DNA of 64,000 nt from an uncultured Roseivirgaceae bacterium. Its GTDB lineage: Bacteria; Bacteroidota; Bacteroidia; Cytophagales; Cyclobacteriaceae. The notes beneath the pieces are model-generated. The model was not told the origin of the DNA. It worked only from the letters and a program-made list of their open reading frames with translations, and ran no database searches. Where the stretch lies: assembly GCA_964389805.1 (NCBI GenBank), contig CAYMFU010000019.1:5679-69678 (forward strand), written 5' to 3'. Below are positions 20,101 to 27,213 of this stretch, in pieces. Positions within the stretch are counted from its first letter, which is position 1. Each line of letters opens with the position of its first letter. The position numbers and the translations under genes are program-made.

Positions 20101-20171
20101 CTTAATGAACTTGTCCCAAAAAAGAATAAAAAAATAAATAAAACTCTATGCTTATTACATGCCGTTTTCAT
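17142..20171 (-). CDS. CotH kinase-family protein with two lamin-tail domains and a T9SS C-terminal sorting domain
   Basis: LTD signatures LYINEFQAS...DWIEIYNAGSTDVDISGYFLTD and VINEINYHS...DWIELYNRKDEIIDLSGWTIRD. The central region of roughly 450 aa resembles CotH. The last roughly 80 aa (LSQNYPNPS...IQLYDIYGRQI...LPTGIYFYSMIV...KKMVVIQ) form a type-A Por/T9SS CTD. Confidence 0.8.
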   Translation of the reverse strand: MKTACNKHRVLFIFLFFFGTSSLSLSQPAELYINEFQASSDSLVKNPYSGAYGDWIEIYNAGSTDVDISGYFLTDNPLLPNKWQISFDIVLHAGEYTLFWADDLNEFNHTNFKLGRAGEFIGFYDELGNAIDSLSYGYQEDELSYGRRIDNLQEWVFYEDGTPGYINSSIYISGRSEKPSVSIPGGFYSGSQSISITALDPGTQIHYTLDGTVPGNTDPVYVQPIIIDTTTALRIRTYSDGKLPGNIITQTYFIDEEINLPFISLVTEPDNLFDDEIGIYVIGTNGKPGYCTDTPMNVNMDWERPINIELYDVNGTRELNQRAGVKIFGGCSRTRYPQKSLALHARSVYGKGSFDVQLFKDKPIYEFESFILRSSADDCRYTMFKDAMGQAILEDMDIDQQAYRPAVVFINGQYWGIHNIREKINEHYAAGNYNLDSDEINLLKRNPEQPWNIMHGSADHYNTMINYVSRQDMTMDRDYDYVDSKMNLTNYIDYQIAEIYLSANDWPGNNIKFWRADSGPYDKWRWIIYDLDNCFFYTDRNTLELATDPNCDCGWPNPPWSTQLFRRLLINERFKDEFIQRYAWHMNTTFSASRVHHYIDSMKANIEAEIPRHITRWGGQTVPNPEHWIGPTFNSMEEWEYQIDRMKGFVSERRPYAREHVINKFWLDGMVRMTIVNNQMEAGRIKVVGQNMTEEYHIGEYFQGVPIEVKAISSIGYSFSHWEYVIDGEEAKILNDQVVNISPEKNFSLIAYFNDPTEPDPGIVINEINYHSGEEENPGDWIELYNRKDEIIDLSGWTIRDDNDEHIFNFPAGYEISPNGYLVICEDIVAFESVHKDSIKLIGNLGFGLSNGGETIRLYSPNLYLIDEVPYDDEAPWPIEPDGMGPTLELIDPALYNELAENWKASFSLGTPGRQNFSNTIENHSLSQNYPNPSLSVTQISFSMQEPGYLSIQLYDIYGRQISNLINGFKEKSAYHFYYDTSLLPTGIYFYSMIVDNQLIDTKKMVVIQ

Positions 20172-20551
20172 AAGTCATTTCCGTAAATCGCTACCATCCA
20201 GTTTTCACTAAATTATAACTTATGTAATCCTCTCTAGTATTTTCACCACAAAAATACATATAAATTGCCATCTGATTTGTCCTTTAACAGTATATATATG
20301 CTCAGATGTTAATTCAACCATTCGTTCATCCATTGAAAAGATCTGGATATATCAATTTATCATAAATGAAAATTCAATTCTATTATTAATCTCTCCCAAA
20401 GTAAAAAGGTAATAGGACAGCAAGAGAATTTCTCAAATTGATTGTTTACATAGTCTGGTTTTTAAACAGGAGCTTACGGAAAACATTTGGAAACTTATTA
20501 ACAAGAAACTAATATGTCGTTAAACGGGGACTAAATATGTATATTTAATAT

Positions 20552-21517
20552 ATGAAATATACTCAATTAGGATCCAGAGGGCCAACGGTTTCCGCCATCG
20601 GATTTGGTGCATGGGCAATAGGTGGAATGAACTGGGGGGAAACAGATGATGAGGTTTCCCGAAAGGCACTCCATGAAGCCCTTGACCAGGGTGTTACACT
20701 TATTGATACGGCAGATGTATATGGTCACGGACATTCCGAAGAATTGATATCAGGAATTCTGAAAGAGCGTGGCAAAGGTGACACAATTGTGGCTTCCAAA
20801 GCGGGAAATGATTTCTATAATGCCACGGCAGCTGATGATCATGGTTTTGGACCGATTATTCAGACCTATACCAAGGATTATATCATTTTTGCAGCCGAAC
20901 AAAGTTTGAAACGGCTTAAAGTTGATTCGCTGGATATATTGCAATTACATAGTCCCAATCTTGAAAAACTTGAGCAGGATGAACCCTGGATGGCTCTCGA
21001 ACAATTAAAAAAAGATGGCAAGATCCGTCATGCCGGCTGGAGTGTTCAATCCTTCAAGGAAACGGAACATGCACATATTCTTGATCAACATCATGATTTG
21101 CTGGATGTACTTCAGGTAAGATATAATCTGTTCGAGCGGGAAGCTGAAAAGGTCTTATTCCCGAAAGCCATGAAGTATGGTACCGGGATCATTGTTCGTA
21201 TTCCTTTATTATTTGGATTTCTAACTGGAAAATTCAATGAATATTCTACATTTGGTGCGGATGATCATCGCCGGTTGAACCTTTCATCCGACAAATTAAA
21301 TCAATACATATCGCATATTAAGCAATTAGATCCATTGTTCAACCGATATCCTGACCGAAAAAAATCTCAGGTAAGTCTTCAATTCTGTATTACGCATCCA
21401 GCATGTCATACCGCGATCCCAGGTGCAAAAACCTCGGAACAGGTTATAGAGAATTGTCTGAGTTCAGACCTGGGCCCATTGTCCAATGATGATTTAGAAT
21501 TGGTAAATAAAATATAA
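20552..21517 (+). CDS. aldo/keto reductase
   Basis: LGSRGPTVSAIGFGAWAIGG, IDTADVYGHGHSEE, LQLHSP and IPGAKTSEQVIEN are typical AKR motifs. Confidence 0.9.
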   Translation: MKYTQLGSRGPTVSAIGFGAWAIGGMNWGETDDEVSRKALHEALDQGVTLIDTADVYGHGHSEELISGILKERGKGDTIVASKAGNDFYNATAADDHGFGPIIQTYTKDYIIFAAEQSLKRLKVDSLDILQLHSPNLEKLEQDEPWMALEQLKKDGKIRHAGWSVQSFKETEHAHILDQHHDLLDVLQVRYNLFEREAEKVLFPKAMKYGTGIIVRIPLLFGFLTGKFNEYSTFGADDHRRLNLSSDKLNQYISHIKQLDPLFNRYPDRKKSQVSLQFCITHPACHTAIPGAKTSEQVIENCLSSDLGPLSNDDLELVNKI

Positions 21518-21771
21518 ACAGTCATTTTCCCATATAATCATTTAAATTAAAACCTGATAAATAGTATCCGGTAATCCAGGTCTATGGGTTCATATAATCT
21601 GATTATCCGGATATTAAATGTCCTCTTTTCATTTTATAAATGTTCACGTGATTTTAAATTTGATCAAAATCATTTTTTTCCTCAGCTACAATTGATATTT
21701 TTAATGAATCAACAGGATTAAATGATCCTGTAATTTGGCCTGAAACAAAAACTTTTTTTTAACATAGTTAC

Positions 21772-23067
21772 ATGGAAAATAAAACAAACGTTAACCGCAG
21801 AGCATTTGTAAAAAAGAGTTCTCTGGCTGCACTTGGGACTAGTGTACTCAATAATCCTTCCTGGTCAAAGAACAAAAACGAAAGATTAAGAGTAGGAATT
21901 GTTGGATGTGGAGAAAGAGGAGCCGGCGCCATTGTTAACGCACTTGCAGTTTCGGATGCATTCGATTTGGTAGCTATGGGGGATACTTTTAAAGATCGAT
22001 TGGATAAATGTTTCAGCGATATCCAATCCTATGACAAAAAGGGCCAGATCAAGGTTGAAGAGAAAAACAAGTTTGTTGGTTTCGATGCATATGAAAAAGT
22101 AATAGAACAAGCAGATGTCGTTTTCCTGGTTACACCTGCACCTTTCCGCCCTATGCATTTTGAGGCAGCTATCAATGCCGGAAAGCATGTATTTATGGAG
22201 AAACCTGTTGCGGTAGATGTCCCTGGATACCGCAAGATCATAGAAATCAGCAAACTTGCGGATGAAAAAAAATTAAATGTTGTAGTTGGCCTTCAAATGC
22301 GATATAAAAAATCCTTCCAGGAACTGATCAACCACATATGGCAAGATGAGATTGGAAGGGTTGTTTCAATTGATGTTTATTTTAATGTAGGAGCGCCAAG
22401 AATTCACCCCCGGCAGCCCGGACAAACTGAAATGGAATATCAAATGAGAAATTGGAGATATTTCACATGGTTATGGGGAGGGCAACTAGCCGGCCAGACG
22501 ATCCATCAGATGGATGTTATGAACTGGATGATGAAAGACTTTCCTGTTTCAGCAAAAGGATTAGGCGGTCGACAATCCTTTAACGGACCTAATCAGGGAA
22601 ATACCTGGGATCATCATTTTACTGAGTTTGAGTACAGCAACGGCACGAAAATGCATGTGCAAAGTTTTACAATAGACCGTTGTTGGGGACGCATGGGCTT
22701 TTTTGTACAGGGAACCAAAGGATCTGCAGATGAACGCAACAGGATCTATGACCTCGACAAAAAAGTGCTCTGGAATTGGCGTGAGGATGAACCCAATGAA
22801 TATGAAGTAGAACATGATGTCCTGTTCAAATCTATTCTTAATGGAAAACACATCAATGATACTGAATATGGAGCAAATAGCACACTGACAACCATTATGG
22901 GAAGAATGGCTATGCAATCAGGACGAATTATGACTCTTGAAGATGTCTTGCAATCAGAAAAAAGTATTCTTCCTAAGAAATTTTCCTGGGATGCTGAAAT
23001 GCCTGACATACCAGATGTTAATGGAAATTATCCGACAGCGATACCTGGTGTGACAAAAGTGCTATAA
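21772..23067 (+). CDS. Gfo/Idh/MocA-family NAD(P)-dependent oxidoreductase with twin-arginine signal
   Basis: TAT-type signal NVNRRAFVKKSSLAALGTS. Rossmann motif RVGIVGCGERGAG and EKPVAV motif. Confidence 0.85.
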   Translation: MENKTNVNRRAFVKKSSLAALGTSVLNNPSWSKNKNERLRVGIVGCGERGAGAIVNALAVSDAFDLVAMGDTFKDRLDKCFSDIQSYDKKGQIKVEEKNKFVGFDAYEKVIEQADVVFLVTPAPFRPMHFEAAINAGKHVFMEKPVAVDVPGYRKIIEISKLADEKKLNVVVGLQMRYKKSFQELINHIWQDEIGRVVSIDVYFNVGAPRIHPRQPGQTEMEYQMRNWRYFTWLWGGQLAGQTIHQMDVMNWMMKDFPVSAKGLGGRQSFNGPNQGNTWDHHFTEFEYSNGTKMHVQSFTIDRCWGRMGFFVQGTKGSADERNRIYDLDKKVLWNWREDEPNEYEVEHDVLFKSILNGKHINDTEYGANSTLTTIMGRMAMQSGRIMTLEDVLQSEKSILPKKFSWDAEMPDIPDVNGNYPTAIPGVTKVL

Positions 23068-23303
23068 ACTACTATTATTACCTTTTTTTAAAATAAACAT
23101 AAACGAAATAATCAATTTTTTCATTGCAGATTCTGTATGCTTTTTTTGACCTGCATAAAGGATCAGACTAAACTGGACGGATAATTACTGGTATGTGGAC
23201 TATGCATTGTTTCACCCGGAGAGATGATACCCATCAAATCCTGAGTATTAAAGAGCATGCCCCGTAAGCAACAAAATGAAATTTTTTACGCTATGATCAG
23301 CTA

Positions 23304-24344
23304 TCAATTATACTGTACATAATTTTCCCATTTTTCAATTACCTCTTTGAAATCATCAGGGAGGGGAGATTCGAAATACATTGATTCATTGGTTTCAGGA
23401 TGAACAAATCCAAGAGAATGGGCATGCAATGCCTGCCTGGGTAATATCTTAAAACAGTTCTGAACAAAACTTTTATATTTGGAAAAAACAGTACCCTTCA
23501 ATATTTTATCTCCACCATAGGTGGCATCATTAAAAAGTGGGTGGCCTATATATTTCATATGGGCCCGGATTTGATGGGTACGGCCGGTTTCCAGCTTACA
23601 CTCGATAAGCGACACATATCTCAGGTTCCTGAGCACTTTATAATGAGTAATGGCCCTTTTTCCATAATCTTCCTCCGGATATGCAGCCATCACCCTTCTG
23701 TCTTTAAGGCTTCTGCCAATCATAACATCAATAGTTCCCTCCATCTCATCGGGAATCCCCCAAACCAGTGCCTGGTATGTTCTTTCTATACTATGATCAA
23801 AGAATTGTCTGGCCAATCTGTTCAGGGCATGTTCAGTCTTGGCTATGACCAGTAAACCAGAGGTGTCTTTGTCTATCCGATGGACCAATCCCGGACGCCC
23901 TTCATTATCCGGCATCTCCGGAAGGTTTTGAAAATGATATACTAGCGCATTGACCAGGGTGCCCGTCCAGTTGTTATAGGCTGGGTGAACCACCATACCT
24001 GCTGGCTTGTCTACAACCAGGAGCTCAGAGTCTTCAAATACTATATTTAGTGGGATATTTTCCGGGACCACTTCGGTATCTCTTGGGGGTTGAGGAAGAG
24101 AAATGGTTACCACGTCATCAGGTCGAACTTTGTAATTTGACCTGATATCTGATCCGTTTACCTTAACTAATCCATCCTTTATCCCATTTTGTATCCGATT
24201 CCGTGAAGCATTGGGTAACCGGTCGGAAAGAAATTTATCAATACGGATCAAAGACTGGCCAGGATCGACCTGGATCCGGTTATGTTCAAACAGCTCATCG
24301 CTATCATCAGAATATTGGTCTTGCACTTGATCGGTCATTAACAA
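23304..24344 (-). CDS. rluD: RluA-family 23S rRNA pseudouridine synthase (RluD-like)
   Basis: S4-like N-terminal domain (RIDKFLSDRLPNASRNRIQ), catalytic HRIDKDTSGLL and RTHQIRAH motifs. Confidence 0.9.
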   Translation of the reverse strand: MLMTDQVQDQYSDDSDELFEHNRIQVDPGQSLIRIDKFLSDRLPNASRNRIQNGIKDGLVKVNGSDIRSNYKVRPDDVVTISLPQPPRDTEVVPENIPLNIVFEDSELLVVDKPAGMVVHPAYNNWTGTLVNALVYHFQNLPEMPDNEGRPGLVHRIDKDTSGLLVIAKTEHALNRLARQFFDHSIERTYQALVWGIPDEMEGTIDVMIGRSLKDRRVMAAYPEEDYGKRAITHYKVLRNLRYVSLIECKLETGRTHQIRAHMKYIGHPLFNDATYGGDKILKGTVFSKYKSFVQNCFKILPRQALHAHSLGFVHPETNESMYFESPLPDDFKEVIEKWENYVQYN

Positions 24345-24517
24345 ATCGAATTTTAGGATTAAACAATAGATATAATTCCAAATCTTTTTGAAATATACCT
24401 GAAATAGAGGTTTATCAATTATTTATTTATATTTTTAAAAGATGCACAAATGTTGAAACATAATTATTCAAATTACTGTTTCTCTCATAATTCCTATGCA
24501 CGTAGAACATCAATCTG

Positions 24518-25267
24518 ATGAAAAAGCAAATTACCAATATTCGTTTAAATAAATCCCTGTTATTCATATTTTTATTGCTCCTCTTACCGGTATTTGGCTA
24601 TACCCAACTAAAGGGAGGATTAGAGGGTTTTAAATTGCTTGATGTTAAAATAGGATATTCGATTCCTATTGGCAATTATGCTTCAACAGGTAAAAATGAT
24701 TTTGAATCTGGCTATGCAAAGCCGGGGTTAACTCTGGGTGCAGGATATTACCATATGTTCAGGGATGTTATCGGGCTTGGAGGCTCACTTGGATTGAATT
24801 TTCATGGATATGATGACGCAGCCAGGCAAAAAGCAATTTATGAAAATGATCCTACAGTAACTGAAGCATTCGTGGAAGGAAGCCGGTATACAAATCTTAC
24901 CTTAACCGTCGGACCGGTAATTAATGCAAGGTTATCTGAGAATCTTAGTTTCTTATTGCACCTTGAAGCCGGGGCGATGTTTACCTTCAGACCACAACAG
25001 GAGTTTGAAATAACCAATCAGCAAGGCACCAATTCCCTTTCTCTGGAGAGCATTACTGGAACTTCCTTCACAGCGAATTTTGGGATCGCTTTCAGATATC
25101 ACGCAACTGAAAGAACCGGTTTCTCCATATTTGCAGATTATTTCTACGGAAATCCGAAATATGATTACCTGACCTACCAGTTTCCCAATTGGGTAGAAAT
25201 AAAAGGAAACCAGGATGTAATGTATGTCAATGTTGGAATGAGTCTCACATATATTATCGGGTACTGA
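24518..25267 (+). CDS. outer-membrane beta-barrel protein (hypothetical)
   Basis: Signal peptide, alternating hydrophobic beta-strand pattern rich in G/Y/F, and a C-terminal aromatic residue (...LTYIIGY). Confidence 0.55.
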   Translation: MKKQITNIRLNKSLLFIFLLLLLPVFGYTQLKGGLEGFKLLDVKIGYSIPIGNYASTGKNDFESGYAKPGLTLGAGYYHMFRDVIGLGGSLGLNFHGYDDAARQKAIYENDPTVTEAFVEGSRYTNLTLTVGPVINARLSENLSFLLHLEAGAMFTFRPQQEFEITNQQGTNSLSLESITGTSFTANFGIAFRYHATERTGFSIFADYFYGNPKYDYLTYQFPNWVEIKGNQDVMYVNVGMSLTYIIGY

Positions 25268-25426
25268 TAAAACAAATTTCTAATGTTCAGGCTATGTGAT
25301 CATTTGTTTTTCAGAAGACAAATGATTTAACATATTCCACAATTTTAAATAATCTACTCAATATTGATTATTTTGGTGGATTAACATGCTTTGAACAGCC
25401 GGTATATTTTCTCTAACAACAGGTAT

Positions 25427-25933
25427 ATGTTAAAATATTCTATAATTATATCCTTCCTGTCGATTATAAACTTCAGTGTCTCGGCACAAAGTGTTGAAAT
25501 TATTGATGTTGAAGATATGGAAAGCATCATCCATGAAAAAACCGGAAAAACTAGGGTGATCAATTTCTGGGCCACATGGTGCAAACCCTGCATCGAAGAA
25601 TTGCCATATTTTGAAGCTGTAAATCAGAGCTCAGAGTTTGAGGATATCGAAGTTATATTGATAAGCCTTGATTTTGCTGAAGATATTGACACAAAAGTTA
25701 AGAAATATATTGAGAAAAAATCCCTTACCTCGACTGTAAAATTACTGGATAATGTTGATTACAATTCATGGATTGATAAAGTCGACCCATCATGGTCAGG
25801 AGCAATACCTGCCACATTAGTAGTTAATAACAGTGTAAATAAAAGAATCTTTTTTGAGAAACAATTTGAAGAATCAGAGCTGCAAAATGTACTCAAGAAC
25901 TTTGAAAAAGAAATAAACCAAACAAACAGATAA
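25427..25933 (+). CDS. TlpA-like thiol:disulfide oxidoreductase (thioredoxin fold), exported
   Basis: WATWCKPC active site. Signal peptide MLKYSIIISFLSIINFSVSAQ. Start moved from the TTG at 25391 to the ATG at 25427. Confidence 0.8.
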   Translation: MLKYSIIISFLSIINFSVSAQSVEIIDVEDMESIIHEKTGKTRVINFWATWCKPCIEELPYFEAVNQSSEFEDIEVILISLDFAEDIDTKVKKYIEKKSLTSTVKLLDNVDYNSWIDKVDPSWSGAIPATLVVNNSVNKRIFFEKQFEESELQNVLKNFEKEINQTNR

Positions 25934-25934
25934 C

Positions 25935-26549
25935 ATGAAAATACTATTTGGGCTTTTAATCGTTTTATTCACTACTCCCCTGATGAATCCTGATAATACC
26001 ACGGGGTATGAGGTTGGTGATTATGTTGATGATTTCAGTTTAAAGAACGTAGATGGGAAAATGGTATCAATGGCTGAATACAAAGAGGCTGAGGGATTTA
26101 TTATCAGCTTTACCTGCAATACCTGTCCTTATTCCGTTATGTATGAACAAAGGATAATTGATCTGGACAAGAAGTATGCTTCCAAAGGTTATCCCGTTAT
26201 AGCCATTAATCCAAATGATCCCAAAAAAAACCCAGGTGATTCGTTTGACAAAATGGTAGAAAGGGCCAGTGATAAAAATTATCCATTCCCTTACCTGATT
26301 GATGAAAGCCAGGAGGTAACCCGGAATTTCGGAGCTACCAATACGCCCCATATGTTTATAGTGCAAAATGATGGAGGAAAATATCGTGTTGCATATATTG
26401 GTACTATTGATAATAATCCCAAAGCAGCGGACAAAGCTACAAAACACTTTATTGATGACGCCATGGATGATATATTATCTGGCAAAAAGGTCGAAGTATC
26501 CAAAACAAAAGCAGTTGGTTGCTCCATTAAGTGGAAGTCAACCTCATAA
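25935..26549 (+). CDS. thioredoxin-fold (AhpC/TSA-redoxin-like) protein, exported
   Basis: FTCNTCPYS CxxC-type site and signal peptide. The start lies 1 nt after the upstream stop. Confidence 0.75.
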   Translation: MKILFGLLIVLFTTPLMNPDNTTGYEVGDYVDDFSLKNVDGKMVSMAEYKEAEGFIISFTCNTCPYSVMYEQRIIDLDKKYASKGYPVIAINPNDPKKNPGDSFDKMVERASDKNYPFPYLIDESQEVTRNFGATNTPHMFIVQNDGGKYRVAYIGTIDNNPKAADKATKHFIDDAMDDILSGKKVEVSKTKAVGCSIKWKSTS

Positions 26550-26578
26550 TTAACTTATAATTCAGTTTGTGCTCTTTT

Positions 26579-26627
26579 AAGCGGAAGCATTGCTAGATCT
26601 AAGTAGCAATTGTCTTCCGCTTTTTTT
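26579..26627 (+). terminator. rho-independent terminator
   Basis: Perfect 9-bp outer stem AAGCGGAAG/CTTCCGCTT plus inner 7-bp stem ATTGCTA/TAGCAAT, followed by T7. It lies 30 nt after the stop at 26549. Confidence 0.8.
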
Positions 26628-26658
26628 ATCTTATGCCACGTATTCAATTTTTTAAAAC

Positions 26659-27174
26659 ATGCAGCGGAAATTTCAGGTGGTTGTAATAGGAGATGTGCAA
26701 GCTGATGGTGCAAAGTTAACTTTCGCGGAGAAATTAGGTCAGCACCTTGGTGAGAAAGGATATACTGTGATCACAGGCGGGATGTCTGGAATTATGGAAG
26801 CAGTTAGTAAGGGTGCGTTCAAGGCGGGAGGTTTGGCAATTGGCATAATACCCGGTTCAGATTTTAAACAGGCTAATCCCTGGTGTTCCGTTGTAATTCC
26901 CACAGACCTTGGACATGCCAGGAACAGTATCACTGCTCTTTCAGCTGATGTCATAATATCAATTGGCGGAAAGGCAGGCACATTAACTGAATTGGGGTTT
27001 GGCTGGATATATAATAAACCCATTATTTCGTTTTCACAGTTCGGAGGATGGTCTGCTGACCTTTCAGGTAAAAAAATCGACGACCGCCGATCCGATAATA
27101 TTATTGAAGTTGATTCATTTGAAACCTTAAAAGTGGAACTGGAAAAAGTAGCGTATGATTTTAAAATAAGTTAA
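26659..27174 (+). CDS. TIGR00725-type LOG-like Rossmann-fold protein
   Basis: VITGGMSGIMEAVSKGA and IGGKAGTLTE, a variant of the LOG PGGxGTxxE motif; 171 aa. Confidence 0.75.
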   Translation: MQRKFQVVVIGDVQADGAKLTFAEKLGQHLGEKGYTVITGGMSGIMEAVSKGAFKAGGLAIGIIPGSDFKQANPWCSVVIPTDLGHARNSITALSADVIISIGGKAGTLTELGFGWIYNKPIISFSQFGGWSADLSGKKIDDRRSDNIIEVDSFETLKVELEKVAYDFKIS

Positions 27175-27213
27175 TTTTTCAGGGTATTTTTTATATTGAA
27201 CCATTTATACATT

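Noticed and set aside
20172-20551. Attempt to call Bacteroidota-type promoters (-33 TTTG / -7 TAnnTTTG) here and upstream of other genes
   Set aside because: Only near-matches one base off consensus were found (e.g. TAATTTG at about 30283-30289, TATTTTG at about 38438-38444). These are not reliable enough in AT-rich DNA without transcription-start data.
21566-21612. Imperfect inverted repeat ATCCGGTAAT...ATTATCCGGAT downstream of the aldo/keto reductase
   Set aside because: The stem has a one-base bulge, the loop is long and there is no T run. Insufficient for a terminator or operator call.
23068-23303. 236-nt convergent intergenic region between the Gfo/Idh/MocA gene and rluD, checked for a small RNA or riboswitch
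   Set aside because: No recognisable conserved RNA motif, stable terminator or ORF longer than about 24 codons. Left unannotated.
25299-25326. Perfect 9-bp hairpin ATCATTTGT/ACAAATGAT after the beta-barrel gene, with an alternative AAACAAAT/ATTTGTTT pairing from 25270
   Set aside because: No following U tract, and the stem is AT-only. It could be a weak terminator but is not supportable.
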